DNA of 64,000 nucleotides from Escherichia coli (GCF_044647545.1 NZ_CP172818.1); one strand, 5' to 3'; counted from the first letter of the stretch, positions 1 through 12,152 are shown. Numbers and translations are program-made. The notes: generated by a model from the sequence alone, not told the origin.

Positions 1-269
1 TTTTTAGCGGCGAGGCTGACACCCTTGTGCCGACACTGCTCAAATTAACTGACACAGGCGGAAGCGGTGGTATGGCAACGGGGATTGCTGTGCAAATTCT
101 TGATGCGCAAAGTCAGCAAGAAATCCCGCTCAATCAGGTCCTACCTCTTACGCCCTTAAAAGCCGGGGATAACACACTCAAATATCAACTTCGTTATAAG
201 TCCACAAAGGCGGGAGCAACGGGCGGTAATGCGACGGCGGTTCTCTATTTTGATCTGGTTTACCAGTGA
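1..269 (+). CDS. ycbU: Fimbrial-like subunit/adhesin, C-terminal fragment (gene begins upstream of window)
   Basis: Frame open from window edge to stop at 267-269; C-terminus ...ATAVLYFDLVYQ typical of chaperone-usher pilin subunits; position upstream of ycbV-ycbF-pyrD as in K-12 (recalled). Confidence 0.7.
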   Translation, partial: FSGEADTLVPTLLKLTDTGGSGGMATGIAVQILDAQSQQEIPLNQVLPLTPLKAGDNTLKYQLRYKSTKAGATGGNATAVLYFDLVYQ

Positions 270-276
270 AGGAGTG

Positions 277-792
277 ATGTTGAAACAGATAATCTGGATT
301 CTGTTCTTACTGGGATTAACGGGGGGCTGTGAGCTATTTGCCCATGATGGCACGGTCAACATTAGCGGATCGTTTCGCCGTAATACATGCGTGCTGGCAC
401 AGGATAGCAAGCAAATCAATGTGCAGTTAGGCGACGTCTCGCTGACACGTTTTTCTCATGGGAATTATGGCCCGGAGAAATCGTTCATCATTAATTTGCA
501 GGATTGCGGAACAGATGTCAGCACGGTTGACGTCACCTTTTCAGGAACCCCCGACGGAGTACAGAGCGAAATGCTGTCCATTGAAAGTGGTACGGATGCA
601 GCCAGTGGGCTGGCAATTGCAATTCTGGATGATGCGAAGATATTGATTCCGCTTAACCAGGCGAGTAAAGACTACAGCCTACATAGCGGTAAGGTGCCAT
701 TAACTTTTTACGCGCAATTGCGACCTGTCAATAGCGATGTGCAGTCGGGTAAAGTGAATGCCAGCGCGACATTTGTACTTCATTATGACTAA
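277..792 (+). CDS. ycbV: Fimbrial-like protein
   Basis: ATG at 277 gives MLKQIIWILFLLGLTGGCELFA (signal peptide-like); 171 aa; stop overlaps next gene start. Confidence 0.75.
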   Translation: MLKQIIWILFLLGLTGGCELFAHDGTVNISGSFRRNTCVLAQDSKQINVQLGDVSLTRFSHGNYGPEKSFIINLQDCGTDVSTVDVTFSGTPDGVQSEMLSIESGTDAASGLAIAILDDAKILIPLNQASKDYSLHSGKVPLTFYAQLRPVNSDVQSGKVNASATFVLHYD

Positions 793-1567
793 TACGTGGA
801 ACAGATTGGCGCTCTTGATTTTCGCCGTTTTATCGCTGCTGGTGGCGAGTGAATTGCAGGCAGGAGTGGTGGTCGGCGGAACGCGATTTATCTTTCCGGC
901 AGACAGAGATTCGATATCTATTTTATTGACTAATACCAGTCAGGAATCCTGGCTTATTAACAGTAAAATCAATCGCCCAACGCGTTGGGCTGGGGATGAA
1001 GCGTCGACAGTACCAGCACCATTACTGGCCGCTCCGCCACTTATTCTCCTGAAGCCCGGTACTACAGGCACATTGCGCTTGCTGAGAACGGAAAGCGACA
1101 TCTTGCCCGTGGATCGCGAAACGCTATTTGAGTTAAGCATTGCCAGCGTGCCATCCGGCAAAGTTGAAAATCAGAGCGTAAAAGTGGCGATGCGCTCGGT
1201 ATTTAAACTGTTCTGGCGACCCGAAGGTTTGCCGGGCGACCCGCTGGAAGCTTATCAACAATTACGCTGGACACGGAATTCGCAGGGTGTACAACTCACT
1301 AACCCAACGCCTTACTACATTAACCTGATTCAGGTGAGCGTAAATGGTAAAGCGTTAAGTAATGCGGGAGTTGTGCCACCTAAAAGCCAGCGTCAGACAA
1401 GCTGGTGTCAGGCTATAACACCGTGTCACGTCTCCTGGCGGACGATAAATGATTACGGCGGGTTGAGTTGCAAAGAAGGAGCAAAATCTGCCCTGAAACA
1501 GGCTCGGAAAACGTTTGCGCTTTTTTTGCCACAGGTCAATTCCCTTTTGGTCCGAACTCGCACATAA
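785..1567 (+). CDS. ycbF: Periplasmic pilus chaperone (start approximate)
   Basis: ATG at 785 gives MTNTWNRLALLIFAVLSLLVASELQAGVVVGGTRFIF, a PapD-like chaperone N-terminus; exact start and length not verified. Confidence 0.7.
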   Translation: MTNTWNRLALLIFAVLSLLVASELQAGVVVGGTRFIFPADRDSISILLTNTSQESWLINSKINRPTRWAGDEASTVPAPLLAAPPLILLKPGTTGTLRLLRTESDILPVDRETLFELSIASVPSGKVENQSVKVAMRSVFKLFWRPEGLPGDPLEAYQQLRWTRNSQGVQLTNPTPYYINLIQVSVNGKALSNAGVVPPKSQRQTSWCQAITPCHVSWRTINDYGGLSCKEGAKSALKQARKTFALFLPQVNSLLVRTRT

Positions 1568-1606
1568 TACGCCCCCGGTTTGCACACCGGGAATCCAGGA
1601 GAGTTC

Positions 1607-2617
1607 ATGTACTACCCCTTCGTTCGTAAAGCCCTTTTCCAGCTCGATCCAGAGCGCGCTCATGAGTTTACTTTTCAGCAATTACGCCGTATTACCGGAA
1701 CGCCGTTTGAAGCACTGGTGCGGCAGAAAGTGCCTGCGAAACCTGTTAACTGCATGGGCCTGACGTTTAAAAATCCGCTTGGTCTGGCAGCCGGTCTTGA
1801 TAAAGACGGGGAGTGCATTGACGCGTTAGGCGCGATGGGATTTGGATCGATCGAGATCGGTACCGTCACGCCACGTCCCCAGCCAGGTAATGACAAGCCG
1901 CGTCTCTTTCGTCTGGTAGATGCCGAAGGTTTGATCAACCGTATGGGCTTTAATAATCTTGGCGTTGATAACCTCGTAGAGAACGTAAAAAAAGCCCATT
2001 ATGACGGCGTTCTGGGTATTAACATCGGCAAAAATAAAGATACGCCGGTGGAGCAGGGTAAAGATGACTATCTGATTTGTATGGAAAAAATCTATGCCTA
2101 TGCGGGATATATCGCCATCAATATTTCATCGCCAAATACCCCAGGATTACGCACACTGCAATATGGTGAAGCGCTGGATGATCTCTTAACCGCGATTAAA
2201 AATAAGCAAAATGATTTGCAAGAGATGCACCATAAATATGTGCCGATCGCAGTGAAGATCGCGCCGGATCTTTCTGAAGAAGAATTGATCCAGGTTGCCG
2301 ATAGTTTAGTTCGCCATAATATTGATGGCGTTATTGCAACCAATACCACGCTCGATCGTTCTCTGGTTCAGGGAATGAAAAATTGTGATCAAACCGGTGG
2401 CTTAAGTGGTCGTCCGCTTCAGTTAAAAAGCACAGAAATTATTCGCCGCTTGTCACAGGAATTAAACGGTCGCTTACCGATCATCGGTGTTGGCGGCATT
2501 GACTCGGTTATCGCTGCGCGTGAAAAGATTGCTGCGGGGGCCTCACTGGTGCAAATTTATTCTGGTTTTATTTTTAAAGGTCCGCCGCTGATTAAAGAAA
2601 TCGTTACCCATATCTAA
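1607..2617 (+). CDS. pyrD: Dihydroorotate dehydrogenase (quinone)
   Basis: 336-aa ORF starting [21 protein letters not shown]; recognised as E. coli PyrD; GGAGAG RBS upstream. Confidence 0.95.
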   Translation: MYYPFVRKALFQLDPERAHEFTFQQLRRITGTPFEALVRQKVPAKPVNCMGLTFKNPLGLAAGLDKDGECIDALGAMGFGSIEIGTVTPRPQPGNDKPRLFRLVDAEGLINRMGFNNLGVDNLVENVKKAHYDGVLGINIGKNKDTPVEQGKDDYLICMEKIYAYAGYIAINISSPNTPGLRTLQYGEALDDLLTAIKNKQNDLQEMHHKYVPIAVKIAPDLSEEELIQVADSLVRHNIDGVIATNTTLDRSLVQGMKNCDQTGGLSGRPLQLKSTEIIRRLSQELNGRLPIIGVGGIDSVIAAREKIAAGASLVQIYSGFIFKGPPLIKEIVTHI

Positions 2618-2790
2618 TTATTTCTTCGAATTCCTCTTTATAAGATAATCAGGGCTTTATTTTAAGCCCTGGTTGTTTTATATTCATCACTGTTGCTTAT
2701 TTAGACATTTTGTACTTTTATTGTTGAGGTTATTAAGCGAAGCGACAATGGATTGTGTTGCTGCGGTTTTATAGGGTAGGGGAGAGGCAA

Positions 2791-3333
2791 ATGCGAATTA
2801 AACCAGACGATAACTGGCGTTGGTATTACGATGAAGAGCACGATCGAATGATGCTCGATTTAGCCAATGGTATGCTATTTCGCTCACGTTTTGCGCGCAA
2901 AATGTTGACTCCAGATGCCTTTTCTCCCGCAGGCTTTTGCGTTGACGACGCCGCGCTCTATTTCTCATTTGAAGAAAAATGCCGCGATTTTAATTTATCT
3001 AAAGAACAAAAAGCCGAACTGGTGCTTAATGCGCTGGTAGCAATTCGTTATCTCAAACCGCAAATGCCGAAAAGCTGGCATTTTGTTTCCCATGGTGAAA
3101 TGTGGGTGCCCATGCCGGGCGATGCGGCCTGCGTTTGGTTGAGCGACACTCACGAGCAAGTCAATTTGCTGGTCGTTGAATCTGGCGAAAATGCCGCACT
3201 ATGCCTGCTGGCACAACCCTGCGTTGTTATTGCGGGTCGCGCGATGCAGTTGGGCGACGCCATCAAAATCATGAACGACAGGCTGAAACCGCAGGTTAAT
3301 GTTGACAGCTTCAGCCTCGAACAGGCAGTTTAA
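2791..3333 (+). CDS. zapC: Cell division protein ZapC
   Basis: 180-aa ORF starting [24 protein letters not shown]; located after pyrD as in K-12. Confidence 0.9.
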   Translation: MRIKPDDNWRWYYDEEHDRMMLDLANGMLFRSRFARKMLTPDAFSPAGFCVDDAALYFSFEEKCRDFNLSKEQKAELVLNALVAIRYLKPQMPKSWHFVSHGEMWVPMPGDAACVWLSDTHEQVNLLVVESGENAALCLLAQPCVVIAGRAMQLGDAIKIMNDRLKPQVNVDSFSLEQAV

Positions 3334-4439
3334 CGCGTCAGCTTAAGTGCAGTCTTCGGTACACAACTACAGCAAAGAATAGTGCCATCATCACCCATTG
3401 CTGATTTTTTCAGCGGCGTGACTTCGCCTTCTAAAAGCTGAACACGGCAACTTCCACAAATGCCCGCGCGGCAAGAATAAGGGATACGAATTCCCTGATT
3501 TTCTAATTGCTCCAGCAGCACCTGTTGGTTATTTCCACGAAATGCCTGTCCCTGCCAGTCAATATCTACGTTTGCGTCCGGTTGTTGCGTGATGTTGGCA
3601 GTATCATCGGCGGCACCTGTGCCGTAAATTTTAGCTGGAGCCGTTGCCAGAATTTCCACCTCATCGCCAACGCGAATCACGCCGCTATTACGGGCAATTA
3701 AATTCTGACCAAAATCGACATCGCCGTTATCCTGGGCAGTACGGAAAGATTGCAGCGTTTTTAATGGTTCGCCTGCCGGATGTTTTTGCCCTTTTTCTGG
3801 GCTGACGGTGGTGAAAATACAGCGGCTACAAGGCTTAACCACATCAAACACGACATCACCAATGCGAATCACTTTCCAGCTATCTTCTTCCCAGGTCGAT
3901 GCACCGGAAACCACCAGATTGGGGCGGAATTGCTCCATTTTTACACTGGCCGGACAACGTTGTTGGAGATCACGTAACGAGGCCTCGTTAGCAAGAAGGT
4001 AAGGATAGCCATCAGCAAATGACAGGGGTACAGTGTTGTGGCGTTTCACGCGCCGGGTCATTTGTGGCCCCACCCAGCGTAATTGCACTTCGCGGGAGAA
4101 AAATCCACTTAGCCATTTGTTGATCGCGTCTGGCGCAATTCGCGCGGTAAAATGTGTGCCCCAAACTTCGGTTGGTGCGTCTTGTGTGGCGAAATCAGCA
4201 AAACGAACATATGCGCTACTGCCATCTGGTGCGGTGAGATGCAAGCCATCATGCACAGGTGAAGGAATAAACCGTACCATCTGGGGAAACTGGCGAGCAG
4301 TAATAAACGTACCGTCAGGTTCCGTGATCATAAAGATGCGATCGAAGGCCAGACCACTGACATCTGCCAGAGCATGTGTAAGACCAATGCCGCGCATCGA
4401 TTTAACAGGATGAATAAAAAGCCGGGTTAATGTCGCCAC
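3330..4439 (-). CDS. ycbX: MOSC/2Fe-2S ferredoxin-domain protein
   Basis: 369-aa [23 protein letters not shown]...; C-terminal CxxGxCGxC ferredoxin motif (CRAGICGSC). Confidence 0.9.
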   Translation of the reverse strand: MATLTRLFIHPVKSMRGIGLTHALADVSGLAFDRIFMITEPDGTFITARQFPQMVRFIPSPVHDGLHLTAPDGSSAYVRFADFATQDAPTEVWGTHFTARIAPDAINKWLSGFFSREVQLRWVGPQMTRRVKRHNTVPLSFADGYPYLLANEASLRDLQQRCPASVKMEQFRPNLVVSGASTWEEDSWKVIRIGDVVFDVVKPCSRCIFTTVSPEKGQKHPAGEPLKTLQSFRTAQDNGDVDFGQNLIARNSGVIRVGDEVEILATAPAKIYGTGAADDTANITQQPDANVDIDWQGQAFRGNNQQVLLEQLENQGIRIPYSCRAGICGSCRVQLLEGEVTPLKKSAMGDDGTILCCSCVPKTALKLTR

Positions 4440-4536
4440 GGTGCGGTCCTCAAATGAAAATAAGCCCTCAACTTTATGACATGACGCGCTTATTAGCTAT
4501 AATGCGCAACAATTTTCTTAGAGTAAAAGTGACGAT

Positions 4537-6645
4537 ATGAATTCTCTGTTTGCCAGTACGGCCCGTGGGCTGGAAGAGCTGTTAAAAACTGAACTGGAAA
4601 ACCTGGGGGCCGTTGAATGCCAGGTGGTTCAGGGTGGGGTCCATTTCAAGGGCGACACACGGCTTGTTTACCAGAGCCTGATGTGGAGCCGCCTGGCCTC
4701 GCGTATTATGTTGCCGCTGGGCGAGTGCAAGGTTTACAGCGATTTAGACCTCTATCTCGGTGTTCAGGCGATCAACTGGACAGAGATGTTTAATCCTGGC
4801 GCGACCTTCGCTGTCCACTTCAGTGGTTTGAATGACACCATACGCAACAGTCAGTACGGTGCGATGAAAGTGAAAGACGCGATCGTCGATACTTTCACGC
4901 GGAAAAATCTGCCGCGTCCAAATGTTGATCGCGATGCGCCGGATATCCGCGTTAACGTCTGGCTGCATAAAGAAACCGCCAGTATCGCCCTTGATCTCAG
5001 TGGTGATGGTTTACATCTGCGTGGCTATCGTGATCGTGCTGGAATTGCGCCGATCAAAGAAACCCTGGCAGCCGCGATTGTTATGCGATCCGGCTGGCAG
5101 CCAGGAACACCGCTGCTCGATCCAATGTGTGGTTCTGGTACGTTGCTGATTGAAGCGGCGATGCTGGCGACCGATCGCGCACCAGGCTTGCACCGTGGAC
5201 GTTGGGGCTTTAGCGGCTGGGCGCAGCATGATGAAGCTATCTGGCAGGAAGTGAAAGCGGAAGCGCAAACTCGTGCCCGTAAAGGCCTGGCGGAGTACAG
5301 CTCCCATTTCTACGGTTCGGACAGTGACGCACGTGTGATTCAACGTGCGCGCACTAACGCCCGTCTTGCGGGGATTGGTGAACTGATCACCTTTGAGGTG
5401 AAAGATGTCGCGCAACTGACCAATCCGCTGCCGAAAGGGCCGTACGGTACAGTGTTGAGCAACCCGCCATACGGTGAACGTCTGGACAGCGAACCGGCGC
5501 TGATTGCGCTGCATAGTCTGCTGGGCCGAATCATGAAAAACCAGTTCGGTGGCTGGAATCTCTCTTTGTTTAGTGCCTCGCCGGATCTGCTCAGCTGCCT
5601 GCAGCTGCGTGCAGACAAACAGTACAAGGCGAAAAACGGCCCGCTGGACTGCGTACAGAAAAACTACCATGTTGCCGAAAGCACACCAGACAGCAAACCG
5701 GCGATGGTAGCGGAAGACTACGCCAACCGTCTGCGTAAGAACCTCAAAAAATTCGAGAAGTGGGCTCGCCAGGAAGGGATTGAATGTTACCGCCTGTATG
5801 ACGCCGATCTGCCGGAATATAACGTTGCCGTTGATCGTTATGCCGACTGGGTGGTGGTGCAGGAGTATGCGCCGCCAAAAACTATTGATGCGCACAAAGC
5901 GCGTCAGCGTCTGTTCGATATTATCGCTGCAACCATTTCGGTACTGGGGATTGCGCCAAACAAACTGGTGCTGAAAACCCGTGAACGCCAGAAGGGCAAA
6001 AATCAGTACCAGAAACTGGGCGAGAAGGGCGAGTTTCTCGAAGTCACCGAATATAACGCTCACTTGTGGGTGAACCTGACGGATTACCTCGATACCGGTC
6101 TGTTCCTCGATCACCGTATCGCCCGTCGTATGCTCGGTCAGATGAGCAAAGGCAAAGATTTCCTCAACCTGTTCTCTTATACCGGCAGCGCCACCGTGCA
6201 TGCGGGATTAGGCGGCGCGCGCAGCACCACCACCGTGGATATGTCGCGTACTTATCTGGAGTGGGCAGAACGCAACCTGCGTCTGAATGGCTTAACCGGG
6301 CGTGCGCATCGCCTGATTCAGGCCGATTGCCTGGCGTGGCTGCGTGAGGCAAATGAACAGTTCGATCTGATCTTTATCGATCCGCCAACCTTCTCTAACT
6401 CAAAACGAATGGAAGATGCGTTTGATGTTCAGCGCGATCATCTGGCGCTGATGAAAGATTTGAAACGTCTGCTGCGTGCTGGTGGGACGATCATGTTCTC
6501 GAACAACAAACGCGGTTTCCGTATGGATCTCGACGGTCTGGCGAAACTGGGACTGAAAGCACAAGAAATTACGCAAAAAACGCTCTCCCAGGATTTCGCC
6601 CGTAACCGCCAGATCCACAACTGCTGGCTGATTACCGCAGCCTGA
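4537..6645 (+). CDS. rlmL: 23S rRNA m2G2445/m7G2069 methyltransferase RlmKL
   Basis: 702-aa [28 protein letters not shown]...; SAM-MTase motifs ([16 protein letters not shown]). Confidence 0.95.
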   Translation: MNSLFASTARGLEELLKTELENLGAVECQVVQGGVHFKGDTRLVYQSLMWSRLASRIMLPLGECKVYSDLDLYLGVQAINWTEMFNPGATFAVHFSGLNDTIRNSQYGAMKVKDAIVDTFTRKNLPRPNVDRDAPDIRVNVWLHKETASIALDLSGDGLHLRGYRDRAGIAPIKETLAAAIVMRSGWQPGTPLLDPMCGSGTLLIEAAMLATDRAPGLHRGRWGFSGWAQHDEAIWQEVKAEAQTRARKGLAEYSSHFYGSDSDARVIQRARTNARLAGIGELITFEVKDVAQLTNPLPKGPYGTVLSNPPYGERLDSEPALIALHSLLGRIMKNQFGGWNLSLFSASPDLLSCLQLRADKQYKAKNGPLDCVQKNYHVAESTPDSKPAMVAEDYANRLRKNLKKFEKWARQEGIECYRLYDADLPEYNVAVDRYADWVVVQEYAPPKTIDAHKARQRLFDIIAATISVLGIAPNKLVLKTRERQKGKNQYQKLGEKGEFLEVTEYNAHLWVNLTDYLDTGLFLDHRIARRMLGQMSKGKDFLNLFSYTGSATVHAGLGGARSTTTVDMSRTYLEWAERNLRLNGLTGRAHRLIQADCLAWLREANEQFDLIFIDPPTFSNSKRMEDAFDVQRDHLALMKDLKRLLRAGGTIMFSNNKRGFRMDLDGLAKLGLKAQEITQKTLSQDFARNRQIHNCWLITAA

Positions 6646-6656
6646 AAGGAATAGTA

Positions 6657-8564
6657 ATGTCATTAATCAGTATGCATGGCGCATGGCTGTCGTTCAGCGA
6701 CGTGCCGCTTCTCGATAACGCAGAACTGCATATCGAAGATAACGAACGTGTTTGTCTGGTAGGTCGTAACGGCGCAGGCAAATCGACGTTAATGAAGATC
6801 CTCAACCGTGAACAGGGGCTGGATGACGGTCGCATTATTTACGAGCAAGATTTGATTGTAGCTCGTCTGCAACAGGATCCGCCGCGTAACGTTGAGGGTA
6901 GCGTTTATGATTTCGTTGCCGAAGGCATTGAAGAACAAGCGGAATACCTGAAACGCTATCACGATATTTCGCGCCTGGTGATGAACGACCCGAGCGAGAA
7001 AAATCTCAACGAACTGGCGAAGGTTCAGGAACAGCTGGATCACCACAACCTGTGGCAGCTGGAAAACCGCATCAACGAAGTGCTGGCGCAACTGGGATTA
7101 GATCCTAATGTTGCGCTGTCGTCGCTTTCCGGCGGCTGGTTGCGTAAAGCGGCATTAGGACGCGCGCTGGTGAGCAATCCGCGCGTATTGCTGCTCGACG
7201 AACCGACTAACCACCTGGATATCGAAACCATCGACTGGCTGGAAGGGTTCCTCAAAACCTTCAATGGGACGATTATTTTCATCTCCCACGACCGTTCGTT
7301 TATCCGCAATATGGCGACGCGCATTGTTGATCTCGATCGCGGCAAGCTGGTGACCTATCCAGGGAATTACGACCAGTATCTGCTTGAAAAGGAAGAAGCC
7401 CTGCGTGTGGAAGAACTACAAAATGCCGAGTTCGATCGCAAACTGGCGCAGGAAGAGGTGTGGATCCGCCAGGGGATCAAAGCGCGCCGTACCCGTAATG
7501 AAGGCCGCGTACGCGCCCTGAAAGCAATGCGCCGTGAACGTAGCCAGCGCCGTGAGGTCATGGGGACGGCAAAGATGCAGGTGGAAGAAGCCAGCCGCTC
7601 CGGAAAGATCGTTTTCGAAATGGAAGACGTTTGCTACCAGGTTGACGGTAAGCAACTGGTGAAAGATTTTTCTGCCCAGGTTCTACGTGGCGACAAAATT
7701 GCCCTGATTGGTCCGAATGGATGCGGCAAAACCACGCTGCTGAAACTGATGCTCGGTCAGCTTCAGGCGGACAGCGGGCGTATTCACGTTGGCACCAAAC
7801 TGGAAGTGGCTTATTTCGATCAGCACCGTGCGGAACTGGATCCCGATAAAACGGTGATGGATAACCTTGCCGAAGGTAAGCAAGAGGTGATGGTTAACGG
7901 CAAGCCACGCCACGTATTGGGTTATTTGCAGGACTTCCTGTTCCATCCGAAACGGGCGATGACGCCGGTACGTGCGCTTTCTGGCGGTGAGCGGAACCGC
8001 TTGCTGCTGGCGCGTTTGTTCCTCAAACCAAGCAACTTATTGATTCTTGACGAACCGACCAACGATCTTGATGTCGAAACGCTGGAACTGCTGGAAGAAC
8101 TGATCGACAGCTACCAGGGCACGGTATTGCTGGTTAGCCACGATCGTCAGTTTGTCGATAACACCGTTACAGAATGCTGGATCTTCGAAGGCGGCGGTAA
8201 AATTGGTCGTTATGTCGGCGGTTATCATGATGCCCGTGGTCAGCAAGAGCAGTATGTGGCGCTCAAACAGCCTGCGGTGAAAAAAACCGAAGAAGCCGCC
8301 GCGGCAAAAGCAGAAACTGTAAAACGCAGCAGTAGCAAACTAAGCTATAAATTGCAGCGCGAACTGGAGCAGCTACCGCAATTGCTCGAAGATCTGGAGG
8401 CGAAGCTGGAAGCCCTACAGACGCAGGTGGCGGATGCTTCCTTCTTCAGTCAGCCGCATGAGCAGACGCAAAAAGTGCTCGCCGATATGGCTGCTGCAGA
8501 GCAGGAGCTGGAGCAAGCCTTTGAACGCTGGGAGTATCTTGAAGCGTTAAAAAATGGTGGCTGA
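6657..8564 (+). CDS. uup: ABC-F family ATPase Uup
   Basis: 635-aa ORF with two Walker A motifs (GRNGAGKST, GPNGCGKTT) and two ABC signature motifs (LSGGWLRKA, LSGGERNRL). Confidence 0.95.
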   Translation: MSLISMHGAWLSFSDVPLLDNAELHIEDNERVCLVGRNGAGKSTLMKILNREQGLDDGRIIYEQDLIVARLQQDPPRNVEGSVYDFVAEGIEEQAEYLKRYHDISRLVMNDPSEKNLNELAKVQEQLDHHNLWQLENRINEVLAQLGLDPNVALSSLSGGWLRKAALGRALVSNPRVLLLDEPTNHLDIETIDWLEGFLKTFNGTIIFISHDRSFIRNMATRIVDLDRGKLVTYPGNYDQYLLEKEEALRVEELQNAEFDRKLAQEEVWIRQGIKARRTRNEGRVRALKAMRRERSQRREVMGTAKMQVEEASRSGKIVFEMEDVCYQVDGKQLVKDFSAQVLRGDKIALIGPNGCGKTTLLKLMLGQLQADSGRIHVGTKLEVAYFDQHRAELDPDKTVMDNLAEGKQEVMVNGKPRHVLGYLQDFLFHPKRAMTPVRALSGGERNRLLLARLFLKPSNLLILDEPTNDLDVETLELLEELIDSYQGTVLLVSHDRQFVDNTVTECWIFEGGGKIGRYVGGYHDARGQQEQYVALKQPAVKKTEEAAAAKAETVKRSSSKLSYKLQRELEQLPQLLEDLEAKLEALQTQVADASFFSQPHEQTQKVLADMAAAEQELEQAFERWEYLEALKNGG

Positions 8565-8693
8565 TCGCAAAATAGTCGATTTAAACAGAGACGGCTGACA
8601 ACGGTAAAATTGCCTGATGAACTGGGTTTATCAGGCATGAAAACCAACACTTTGTTAGTCATCTGTAAAATAGCGCATCATTAAGGAGTACCA

Positions 8694-9947
8694 ATGTGCG
8701 AACATCATCATGCCGCGAAGCACATCCTGTGCTCGCAGTGTGACATGCTGGTGGCGTTACCGCGCCTTGAGCATGGTCAGAAAGCGGCATGTCCCCGGTG
8801 TGGCACAACGTTAACCGTGGCGTGGGATGCCCCTCGGCAGCGTCCCACCGCCTATGCGTTGGCTGCACTGTTCATGCTGTTGCTGTCCAACTTGTTTCCT
8901 TTTGTGAATATGAACGTTGCGGGAGTCACCAGTGAAATTACATTACTGGAAATTCCCGGCGTGCTTTTTTCAGAGGACTACGCCAGCCTCGGCACCTTTT
9001 TCCTGTTGTTTGTGCAACTGGTTCCCGCGTTTTGTCTGATAACCATTCTGTTACTGGTGAATCGCGCGGAATTACCGGTCCGTTTAAAAGAGCAACTGGC
9101 ACGGGTGCTTTTTCAACTCAAAACCTGGGGAATGGCGGAGATTTTCCTCGCGGGAGTGCTGGTCAGTTTCGTTAAACTGATGGCCTACGGCAGCATTGGT
9201 GTCGGCAGTAGCTTTCTCCCCTGGTGTTTATTTTGTGTCCTGCAACTGCGCGCCTTTCAGTGCGTTGATCGTCGCTGGTTATGGGACGATATCGCCCCGA
9301 TGCCAGAACTGCGCCAGCCGCTAAAACCTGGCGTCACGGGGATACGTCAGGGGCTGCGTTCTTGCTCCTGTTGTACGGCAATCCTTCCTGCTGACGAACC
9401 CGTGTGCCCGCGTTGTAGTACCAAAGGGTACGTTCGACGTAGAAACAGCCTGCAATGGACACTCGCGCTGCTTGTAACGTCCATCATGCTGTACCTTCCG
9501 GCTAATATTTTGCCCATCATGGTGACGGATTTATTAGGCTCGAAGATGCCATCGACGATTCTCGCTGGGGTCATCCTGTTATGGAGCGAAGGATCTTATC
9601 CCGTCGCTGCGGTTATCTTTCTGGCCAGTATTATGGTGCCAACGTTAAAGATGATCGCCATAGCGTGGTTGTGTTGGGATGCCAAAGGGCATGGCAAGCG
9701 CGACAGTGAAAGAATGCATTTGATTTATGAAGTTGTTGAGTTTGTAGGCCGCTGGTCGATGATTGACGTTTTCGTTATCGCGGTGCTCTCGGCGCTGGTG
9801 CGTATGGGAGGTTTAATGAGTATTTATCCGGCAATGGGTGCATTAATGTTTGCTTTAGTCGTCATAATGACAATGTTTTCTGCTATGACGTTTGACCCGC
9901 GTTTGTCGTGGGATCGTCAACCTGAATCAGAGCATGAGGAGTCCTGA
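8694..9947 (+). CDS. pqiA: Paraquat-inducible inner-membrane protein PqiA
   Basis: 417-aa ORF MCEHHHAAKHILCSQCDMLVALPRLEHGQKAACPRCG... with paired Cys clusters and hydrophobic segments. Confidence 0.9.
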   Translation: MCEHHHAAKHILCSQCDMLVALPRLEHGQKAACPRCGTTLTVAWDAPRQRPTAYALAALFMLLLSNLFPFVNMNVAGVTSEITLLEIPGVLFSEDYASLGTFFLLFVQLVPAFCLITILLLVNRAELPVRLKEQLARVLFQLKTWGMAEIFLAGVLVSFVKLMAYGSIGVGSSFLPWCLFCVLQLRAFQCVDRRWLWDDIAPMPELRQPLKPGVTGIRQGLRSCSCCTAILPADEPVCPRCSTKGYVRRRNSLQWTLALLVTSIMLYLPANILPIMVTDLLGSKMPSTILAGVILLWSEGSYPVAAVIFLASIMVPTLKMIAIAWLCWDAKGHGKRDSERMHLIYEVVEFVGRWSMIDVFVIAVLSALVRMGGLMSIYPAMGALMFALVVIMTMFSAMTFDPRLSWDRQPESEHEES

Positions 9948-9951
9948 CAGT

Positions 9952-11592
9952 ATGGAATCTAATAATGGGGAAGCCAAAATCCAGAAAGTGAAGAACTGGT
10001 CTCCCGTGTGGATATTTCCTATCGTCACGGCGCTCATTGGGGCCTGGGTTCTTTTTTATCATTACAGCCATCAGGGGCCGGAAGTGACCCTGATCACCGC
10101 GAACGCGGAAGGAATAGAAGGTGGTAAAACCACCATTAAAAGCCGTAGCGTTGACGTCGGCGTGGTTGAAAGCGCCACACTGGCTGATGATTTGACGCAC
10201 GTTGAAATCAAAGCGCGGCTGAATTCCGGTATGGAAAAATTGCTGCATAAAGATACCGTCTTTTGGGTGGTGAAACCGCAGATTGGTCGAGAAGGGATTA
10301 GCGGCCTGGGAACGCTGCTGTCTGGGGTTTATATCGAACTGCAGCCAGGCGCAAAAGGCAGCAAAATGGATAAATACGATTTGCTGGACTCGCCACCGTT
10401 GGCCCCGCCTGATGCGAAAGGTATCCGTGTGATTCTCGATAGCAAAAAAGCCGGGCAGCTCTCGCCAGGAGATCCCGTGCTGTTCCGTGGCTATCGGGTA
10501 GGTTCGGTTGAAACCAGCACCTTCGATACGCAAAAACGCAATATCAGCTATCAACTGTTCATCAATGCACCTTATGACCGACTGGTGACCAGCAATGTTC
10601 GCTTCTGGAAAGATAGTGGCATTGCGGTTGATTTGACGTCAGCGGGAATGCGTGTGGAGATGGGCTCATTGACAACGCTGCTTAGTGGCGGTGTCAGCTT
10701 TGATGTGCCGGAAGGTCTGGATTTAGGGCAGCCAGTGGCACCGAAAACAGCTTTCGTTTTGTATGATGATCAGAAGAGCATTCAGGATTCGTTGTACACC
10801 GATCACATTGATTATCTGATGTTCTTTAAAGATTCGGTACGCGGTCTGCAACCGGGAGCTCCGGTAGAATTCCGGGGTATTCGCCTGGGTACCGTAAGCA
10901 AAGTGCCATTCTTTGCGCCGAATATGCGTCAGACATTTAACGATGATTACCGTATTCCGGTACTGATTCGTATCGAGCCAGAGCGGCTGAAAATGCAGCT
11001 TGGCGAAAATGCGGATGTTGTTGAGCACCTTGGCGAATTGTTGAAACGTGGTTTACGCGGATCGCTGAAAACCGGAAACCTGGTCACTGGCGCACTGTAT
11101 GTTGATCTCGATTTCTATCCAAATACGCCTGCAATAACCGGTATTCGTGAATTTAATGGTTATCAGATTATCCCGACCGTTAGCGGCGGTCTGGCGCAAA
11201 TCCAGCAACGACTGATGGAAGCGTTGGATAAGATCAACAAACTGCCATTGAATCCGATGATTGAACAGGCAACCAGTACGCTTTCTGAAAGTCAGCGCAC
11301 AATGAAAAACCTGCAAACGACGCTGGATAGCATGAACAAGATCCTCGCCAGCCAGTCGATGCAGCAGTTACCGACGGATATGCAGTCAACGTTGCGTGAA
11401 TTGAATCGCAGTATGCAGGGCTTCCAGCCTGGCTCCGCAGCCTACAACAAGATGGTGGCGGATATGCAGCGACTTGATCAGGTGTTGCGAGAACTGCAAC
11501 CGGTGCTGAAAACGCTCAACGAGAAGAGTAACGCGCTGGTATTTGAAGCGAAGGACAAAAAAGATCCAGAGCCGAAGAGGGCGAAACAATGA
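9952..11592 (+). CDS. pqiB: MCE-domain intermembrane transport protein PqiB
   Basis: ATG at 9952 gives MESNNGEAKIQKVKNWSPVWIFPIV (546 aa); the track's longer ORF includes an upstream in-frame extension. Confidence 0.9.
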   Translation: MESNNGEAKIQKVKNWSPVWIFPIVTALIGAWVLFYHYSHQGPEVTLITANAEGIEGGKTTIKSRSVDVGVVESATLADDLTHVEIKARLNSGMEKLLHKDTVFWVVKPQIGREGISGLGTLLSGVYIELQPGAKGSKMDKYDLLDSPPLAPPDAKGIRVILDSKKAGQLSPGDPVLFRGYRVGSVETSTFDTQKRNISYQLFINAPYDRLVTSNVRFWKDSGIAVDLTSAGMRVEMGSLTTLLSGGVSFDVPEGLDLGQPVAPKTAFVLYDDQKSIQDSLYTDHIDYLMFFKDSVRGLQPGAPVEFRGIRLGTVSKVPFFAPNMRQTFNDDYRIPVLIRIEPERLKMQLGENADVVEHLGELLKRGLRGSLKTGNLVTGALYVDLDFYPNTPAITGIREFNGYQIIPTVSGGLAQIQQRLMEALDKINKLPLNPMIEQATSTLSESQRTMKNLQTTLDSMNKILASQSMQQLPTDMQSTLRELNRSMQGFQPGSAAYNKMVADMQRLDQVLRELQPVLKTLNEKSNALVFEAKDKKDPEPKRAKQ

Positions 11593-12152
11593 AAAAGTGG
11601 CTAGTGACGATTGCAGCACTGTGGCTGGCCGGATGCAGCTCCGGCGAAATTAATAAAAACTATTACCAGTTACCTGTGGTGCAGAGCGGTACACAAAGCA
11701 CCGCCAGCCAGGGTAATCGCCTGTTATGGGTTGAGCAGGTCGCTGTTCCTGACTATCTGGCGGGGAATGGTGTGGTTTATCAAACCAGTGATGTGAAGTA
11801 TGTGATTGCCAACAACAACTTGTGGGCCAGCCCATTGGATCAACAGTTGCGCAACACCCTGGTTGCCAACCTGAGCACGCAACTGCCCGGCTGGGTGGTT
11901 GCCTCCCAGCCTCTGGGAAGCGCCCAGGACACGCTCAATGTTACCGTAACGGAGTTTAACGGTCGCTATGATGGCAAGGTCATTGTCAGTGGTGAATGGC
12001 TGTTGAACCACCAGGGACAACTGATCAAACGTCCGTTCCGTCTGGAAGGGGTGCAAACTCAGGATGGTTACGATGAGATGGTTAAAGTACTGGCCAGTGT
12101 CTGGAGTCAGGAAGCCGCTTCTATTGCGCAAGAGATAAAGCGTCTACCTTAA
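11589..12152 (+). CDS. pqiC: Lipoprotein PqiC (YmbA)
   Basis: 187-aa ORF MKKWLVTIAALWLAGCSSG (lipobox LAGC); start overlaps pqiB stop (ATGA). Confidence 0.9.
   Translation: MKKWLVTIAALWLAGCSSGEINKNYYQLPVVQSGTQSTASQGNRLLWVEQVAVPDYLAGNGVVYQTSDVKYVIANNNLWASPLDQQLRNTLVANLSTQLPGWVVASQPLGSAQDTLNVTVTEFNGRYDGKVIVSGEWLLNHQGQLIKRPFRLEGVQTQDGYDEMVKVLASVWSQEAASIAQEIKRLP

Noticed and set aside
5011-6201. 396-aa ORF antisense to rlmL
   Set aside because: It lies entirely inside the well-supported rlmL coding region on the opposite strand, has no recognisable domain content, and is a typical spurious antisense frame.
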